A stretch of DNA of 49,470 nt, filler included, from Stramenopiles sp. TOSAG23-3 (Eukaryota): NCBI GenBank assembly GCA_900128585.1. It is 4 parts of 4 records of this genome, joined end to end, with 100 filler letters (N's around TTAATTAATTAA, not from the genome) between each part and the next. Parts side by side here need not be neighbours in the genome. Positions count along the whole stretch, not along the records: positions 22,696 to 45,280 come from LT642333.1; positions 45,381 to 47,375 come from LT645171.1; positions 47,476 to 49,470 come from LT645172.1; 1 more part is not named here. One strand, given 5' to 3'. Below are positions 44,466 through 49,470 of the stretch, one piece after another. Each line of letters opens with the position of its first letter. The first letter of the stretch is position 1. Both the position numbers and the translations under genes were made by a program. The notes below the pieces were generated by a model, which made no database searches, was not told the origin of the DNA, and worked only from the letters and a program-made list of their open reading frames with translations.

Positions 44466-44557
44466 ACATAATTCTCATTTTCTTTAAAGCTGAAGAAACA
44501 CGACCGTCGTTGGTTTTTTTAAGTAAAATGTTATAGTAGACACCTGTTCTAGAAAGT

Positions 44558-44990
44558 GTTCAGTGTCCTTGGCGCGAATAAAAATCTAACTCGAATTTCA
44601 AAGTACAGAAGCGTTCCGCCAGAAAATGACAAATGAAAGCACAGGGAACGTATATCTCCATAAGTTTAGATAGTGCAATAGTTTTGGTCTCGGTGTCCGA
44701 TCCTGAACGAACGTTTATAAATTGTTTGCCCTCTAATGACTTGGAATTGTGGTTCCTAGGGACAATTTTTTGTGAAATGGGCGATTTCGACCAAATATCA
44801 CCCGGGCGAACACTTATTAATTTGTAAGATTGGGGTTAGGAATTATCGGGGCACAATTTTATGTATCTGAAAGGGCATTTGACTTTTTAAAATTATGAAA
44901 ATTATCTTTTTTTAATAAAGATCTCTTCGTTTGAAATACTTAACACAAAGTTGTTTGCACTTTTTCAATTCCGCGCCAAAGATACTGAAC
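44558..44990. mobile_element. Putative MITE / non-autonomous DNA transposon (~430 bp)
   Basis: Terminal inverted repeats GTTCAGTGTCCTTGGCGCG (44558-44576) and rc GTTCAGTATCTTTGGCGCG (44972-44990), 17/19 identical; no TSD seen; single copy here. Confidence 0.45.
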
Positions 44991-45210
44991 GGAGGAGGAT
45001 GTTGTTCGACGATTTTTCAATAATCAATCTGATAGTCTAATAATAATAAAGCCTAATTTTAAGTACGAAAACAATAAAAAATCTGCATCAAAAAAAAGTA
45101 GAAAAAAAAAGTGATCAATCGGATTCAGATTACAGATCAAAAACGAGCAAATAGATAGACACTACGGTAATGACTACGTAATAGTCGTCTATTTATTTAT
45201 ATAATATTTA

Positions 45211-45280
45211 GACGGACGGACGGCGGACGGACGGACGGACCACCACAACCCCCTCCCCCCTCCCCCCTCCCCCCTCCCCT
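45211..45280. repeat. (GACG)n and (CCCCCT)n simple repeats at a contig end
   Basis: Read directly from the sequence. Confidence 0.9.
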
Positions 45281-45380
45281 NNNNNNNNNNNNNNNNNNNN
45301 NNNNNNNNNNNNNNNNNNNNNNNNTTAATTAATTAANNNNNNNNNNNNNNNNNNNNNNNNNNNNNNNNNNNNNNNNNNNN
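45281..45380. other. Artificial contig-joining spacer
   Basis: N44-TTAATTAATTAA-N44. Confidence 0.98.
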
Positions 45381-45393
45381 CACCCACGGGGTC

Positions 45394-46365
45394 GTGAACA
45401 CTTTCGAAAACCCCCGCTGGTACCAGTGTACGTTGGTTGTGCCACGCTTTATCTCTCCCTCGGGGACTGCGGCGGTGTTCACCATTGGTGCCGCCTGTGG
45501 GTTGTTCCTTGCCAGGTTCCTCCAAGCGCCGGAGAAGTCGTACTCGATGGCGGACCAGCCGGCCCGATTCGCCCACCAGAAAAACATTGGGGACACTCGT
45601 GCGCTAGACATTGACCAGCACTATGACGCCTCGGCCCTCAAAGGGAAGCGCGTTTTGATTACGGGGGCAAACCGAGGCCTTGGCCTTGCGATCGCCACGG
45701 AAGCCCAACGGGCCGGGGCCCTTGTGTATGCCACGTGCCGGCGGCCATCCTCGGAGCTGCAGGCCCTCGGCGTGACTGCTATCATCCCGGGCATCGATGT
45801 GGCGAAAACGGAAACAATGGATTCGTTAGTAAACGCGCTCTCGGGCATCGATTCGATTGACATTGTGATCAACAACGCGGGCTACTTTATGCGCGAACGG
45901 GAAAGTATCCTGGGCCAGACCATGGACTACGGCGAGGAGATGAAAATGATTGATATTTGTGCAGTGGGGCAACTGCGGGTCACCAGCGCCTTGTACAACG
46001 GAGGAAAGTTGGCTGCAGGCTCGAAGGTCGCAATGATCACGTCGCAAGGCGGTTCAATCGCGTGGAGGGACACCCAGTGCCCAGAAGGGGGCGATTACGG
46101 GCACCATTTGTCCAAAGCGGCGGCAAACATGGGCGGGAAATTGGCAGCCAACGAACTGAAGAGCAAAGGAATCGTTGTTTCGGTACTGCATCCTGGGTTT
46201 GTACGAACAGAAATGACGAGCAAATACAGCCATATATGGGATATTGAGGGTGCAGTAGTGTCCAGCGTTGCATCGAAGCGCGTGTTGCACGAAATCAACA
46301 TTGCCACGATCGCCAGCTCTGGGGTATTCATTAACTGTGAAGATGGGCAAGAAATCCCATGGTAG
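45394..46365 (+). CDS. Short-chain dehydrogenase/reductase, C-factor (CsgA)-like; start uncertain (ATG 45547 or upstream of the gap)
   Basis: ITGANRGLG, IDIVINNAG, ITSQGGS, catalytic YGHHLSKAA, LHPGFVRTEMT, GQEIPW end. Confidence 0.93.
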   Translation: MNTFENPRWYQCTLVVPRFISPSGTAAVFTIGAACGLFLARFLQAPEKSYSMADQPARFAHQKNIGDTRALDIDQHYDASALKGKRVLITGANRGLGLAIATEAQRAGALVYATCRRPSSELQALGVTAIIPGIDVAKTETMDSLVNALSGIDSIDIVINNAGYFMRERESILGQTMDYGEEMKMIDICAVGQLRVTSALYNGGKLAAGSKVAMITSQGGSIAWRDTQCPEGGDYGHHLSKAAANMGGKLAANELKSKGIVVSVLHPGFVRTEMTSKYSHIWDIEGAVVSSVASKRVLHEINIATIASSGVFINCEDGQEIPW

Positions 46366-46449
46366 AGAGAGAGAGAGAGTCGCGGGCCGCATCCTGAAGT
46401 TAGGGTTGGTACAAGTGTGTGTAAATTTTGCTCGTACGAACTTAGCAAT

Positions 46450-46839
46450 TTGCAGTGTATGAAAAAACAAATTATATATTGCAGTGTATGATATCATAAA
46501 CTTGTAATTTACAAAAGTTTATAACGCGACCTCCTGCTATCACACGACGTGCGAAAATATTGAAAAAAACCAAAATATATAGTATCATATGTTTTAAGAC
46601 AGAAAATATTGATAAGTACCTAAATTTAATTACTTAAATAACAGCCAATTTTCTTGTTTTTAAGTACCTAAACTTATTAAATTCTGATGTAGGAACGACA
46701 AAGGAGGTAAGCATAACCGACCGACTTTAAGTGATATGAATTTTAGCAGTTGCAATATTAGATCAGTTCTACAATTGGGATAATCTTGAGAGTCTTAAAA
46801 CATACTATATATCATTAGTTTTTTTTTTTTAATTCTGAT
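46450..46839. mobile_element. Four adjacent TSD-flanked insertions (16, 38, 36 and 142 bp)
   Basis: 46463-46478 (TSD TTGCAGTGTATGA), 46564-46601 (GAAAATATTGA), 46625-46660 (TAAGTACCTAAA), 46689-46830 (AATTCTGAT). Confidence 0.85.
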
Positions 46840-46940
46840 TCTAAAGAAATTACGTAAGAATGAATGGAACTTCACCAGCGAGTGCTGCAGGTAGGGCACA
46901 TTGAGCTTACCACAACACACATGCACGCATACTTCTCACT

Positions 46941-47375
46941 CTATTCGACGACTTTCCTTCCCGCGCCTACGTCCTCCTCGATCACGAGTTCAAACTCTTG
47001 TGTAGCAACACACGAGTTCCCCCTGGCACGGTGAGGGGGGGTTCCTTCGCCTTTTGCAGTAGTTTGGTCCTTCGCCCCGGCCTCGTCCAGGCCTGTCTGT
47101 CTCAACACGGCATTGCCCAACCTTGCCAAATCGAACGAACTCATCGGCAGCTCGTCGTCGTCTTCGTACGGGGAGAGCTCGTCGTCGACCATGGAATCCG
47201 ACTGTTCACGAGACTGAAACAGCCCCGACTCGCTGTCTCTACGTTCCAAACGACTGAATTCTATCTCCATCCCGTAACTCCCTTGAACCATTGTTCGGGT
47301 GCGACCGGCCCGAAACAGCAAACAGATCCGGAACGACTGGATGGCATACCTACCAATAACAACCCAAGACACAAA
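46941..47375 (-). CDS. 3' fragment of a probable membrane protein with an acidic cytoplasmic tail (truncated by contig end)
   Basis: Open frame running from the spacer; hydrophobic stretch followed by a D/E/S-rich tail. Confidence 0.65.
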   Translation of the reverse strand, partial: FVSWVVIGRYAIQSFRICLLFRAGRTRTMVQGSYGMEIEFSRLERRDSESGLFQSREQSDSMVDDELSPYEDDDELPMSSFDLARLGNAVLRQTGLDEAGAKDQTTAKGEGTPPHRARGNSCVATQEFELVIEEDVGAGRKVVE

Positions 47376-47475
47376 NNNNNNNNNNNNNNNNNNNNNNNNN
47401 NNNNNNNNNNNNNNNNNNNTTAATTAATTAANNNNNNNNNNNNNNNNNNNNNNNNNNNNNNNNNNNNNNNNNNNN
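47376..47475. other. Artificial contig-joining spacer
   Basis: N44-TTAATTAATTAA-N44. Confidence 0.98.
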
Positions 47476-47857
47476 AAGAAATAAGTAAGTATAAGTATGA
47501 TAAGCGATAAGAAGAAACAACACAAGAACGAGAAGAAAAGAAGAAACGAATTAAACAAAAAAAAACAAAGGAAAGTGTTATGAGAGATATTTTTGATCTC
47601 GCGTATCAAAAGGTTTGTATATCAAATATTTACTTAAATTAAGAAGACAAAGAAGATTGATCCTGCACTCTCCCCATCATCATGGCTTTCTTACGGAAGA
47701 AAATCCTTCCAAGAGAGAGAGGAGTGAGTCACCTTCTTTCCATTTTTTTTCTATTATCATCTCTTCCAACCATTGCCGTCGCACCGGTTGTGCAAATTAA
47801 TTAAAACAGTGTTCGTTCCTATTTACAAATGTGTGTGTGTGGTGGTCCCAGGCAGAT

Positions 47858-48826
47858 TCATCTCGTCCACGTGCTCAGCCTCGACTGGTGCTCGAACTCG
47901 GACGTACTCAGCCTGGCAAGGGGAACCCCAGCGTTCCCGCCCAAAAATGATCCAATGCCGTTCGAGTCCGTCGACATGAGCGCGACCTCCTCGACGCTCA
48001 TTTTCGTCTGCCCGCCCGGCAAGTACGGCTGGACGTACAGGCTATACTGGTCTTGCTCAAAGGTCTGGCTGGCGCTTCGCTCGTGCAGGGCTTGGGGCGG
48101 CATCAGGTTGTAATCGACCGCCGGGGCCAAAGAGCCGAGGGAGAATTCGTTGTTCGCGGGGTTGCTCCGGACCACGGGGCAGTGCAACGGGAGCATGTCG
48201 TTCACGTCGTCGTGGACGTCCATGTTGTCCTCCTTCCGTTGGTGTATGAACGCGCACTTGTCCCCGTACGGGCACCGCCCGGTCTCGGTGAAGGTGGTGC
48301 AGATCTTCGTCTTATACTTTGGGTGGCGCTTCACGCGCTTGGCTTTGTCGTCGTCGAAACCGACGGCCTCGTCATGGACGAAGCGGCACCGTTTCCCGTA
48401 CGGGCAGGACCCTTTCTCCCAAAAGTTTCTACAGCGGACGGTCTTGTACGCGGACGGCTTGTCGGCCTCCTCGACCCTCAACTCGGCCTCGCCGTGGGCG
48501 TACTGGCACCGTTGGCCGTACGGGCAGGTCCCCGTTTCCGTCCACGTGTTGCACAGTTCCCGCTTGTACTTGTTCGGTCGCTTGGTGGTGGCCGGGTTAC
48601 CTCGTGCTTGGTGGTTCACGCGTTGGTCCTCGGTGTTGTTGTTGCTACTGCCACTCGGTCTAACTCTCCGTTTCGGCCAGCGCGGCGCCTCTCCCCGTGG
48701 TGGTGCTCTCCAGCTCGCTGCACTCGGCTGCATCCCTGTGCCCTGGTTCCACGCAGTCTTCGTCTCCGTCTCCGTCGCATTCGTCGCGACGGGGCGTTTC
48801 TTCAGCGTTTGTTTTGGCGTACCCAT
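47858..48826 (-). CDS. TIS11/ZFP36 (tristetraprolin)-like RNA-binding protein with three CCCH zinc fingers
   Basis: Three C-x8-C-x5-C-x3-H fingers with lead-ins KYKREL, AYKTVR and KYKTKI. Confidence 0.93.
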   Translation of the reverse strand: MGTPKQTLKKRPVATNATETETKTAWNQGTGMQPSAASWRAPPRGEAPRWPKRRVRPSGSSNNNTEDQRVNHQARGNPATTKRPNKYKRELCNTWTETGTCPYGQRCQYAHGEAELRVEEADKPSAYKTVRCRNFWEKGSCPYGKRCRFVHDEAVGFDDDKAKRVKRHPKYKTKICTTFTETGRCPYGDKCAFIHQRKEDNMDVHDDVNDMLPLHCPVVRSNPANNEFSLGSLAPAVDYNLMPPQALHERSASQTFEQDQYSLYVQPYLPGGQTKMSVEEVALMSTDSNGIGSFLGGNAGVPLARLSTSEFEHQSRLSTWTR

Positions 48827-49470
48827 TTACGTCGCGCTTGGTTTAGTATGTACGTGTGGGTGCGTGGTATGCGATTTAGTAAACGAAGGAACGGCCGCTG
48901 ATGCGACGTGTGTATCGTGGGGAAGAAGAAATGGGTGGACGGGTGAGAAATGGTTGAACGTAGGTTCTAGGATCCCGTGTCGACCAATGGTTATGGAATT
49001 AAATCTACAACGTGCCGTTTGCTCCCTCTCTACACTTTGCCGTCATTTATTTTCCGTATATTCACTTTCTTCCACATGGAAACAATCAATCAAAGAAAGA
49101 AAGAAAGAAAGAAAGGAATCGTCACTTCTTCTTCTTTCTTCTTATTAAAATTCTTTTTTTTCTCTGTGCTATTTCTATATATATTAAATCACGCACCGAT
49201 CACTTTCTTCAAGCTGTTGTTTTGTCGTAGTGAATGTGAAATCAACGCTATCCCAATGTCTAAAAAAAGAAAAAGAAAAAAATGTATTCTACGATACATT
49301 TAAGTACATTTAATAGATAGGTATTGTTTATAATAAGAATAGAACAAAACTCCATTCTTTAAAATCTACTTTTTCATAGTAATCCTATATCAACATTTCA
49401 TTCAAGAAAAATTTGAGGCCATGAATGATTACTATGCTATATATATGTATTCAATTAATATTCCGTACTT

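Noticed and set aside
45249-45280. (CCCCCT)n at a contig end as a telomere
   Set aside because: The C-rich strand runs toward the right end, the wrong polarity for a telomere; short, and more likely the cause of the assembly break.
474-48826. Alternative genetic code
   Set aside because: TAA, TAG and TGA all terminate conserved proteins at expected positions, and conserved domains have no internal stops.

Overview
Eukaryotic nuclear DNA from a gene-dense, intron-poor protist (stramenopile-like by gene content, a low-confidence inference), using the standard genetic code. The window joins four unlinked pieces with artificial 100-bp N44-TTAATTAATTAA-N44 spacers and also has one 47-N gap. About 21 protein-coding genes sit in GC-richer blocks separated by very AT-rich spacers, with one clear intron. 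Recognisable products include asparagine synthetase, an acid ceramidase/NAAA-family hydrolase, a mitochondrial carrier, a NEK kinase split by an inversion, a SMYD5-like methyltransferase, an RNF121-like E3 ligase, a GPCR-like 7TM protein, a secreted Frizzled-CRD protein, an archaemetzincin lacking the catalytic Glu, a CsgA-like SDR and a triple-CCCH protein. Main observations: (1) two families of 16-400 bp insertions with a fixed T-rich end, a variably truncated other end and 9-14 bp target-site duplications, found almost only between convergent genes, which points to an unusual T-tailed retroposition system; (2) a secreted protein with a bacterial/phage-type YkuD-like (L,D-transpeptidase) H-x18-SxGC domain, a candidate horizontally acquired peptidoglycan-attacking enzyme; (3) near-perfect strand alternation of genes and a recurrent TAGACGACTA motif in the spacers; (4) a head-to-head pair of an ectodomain-less 7TM receptor and a free Frizzled-CRD protein.
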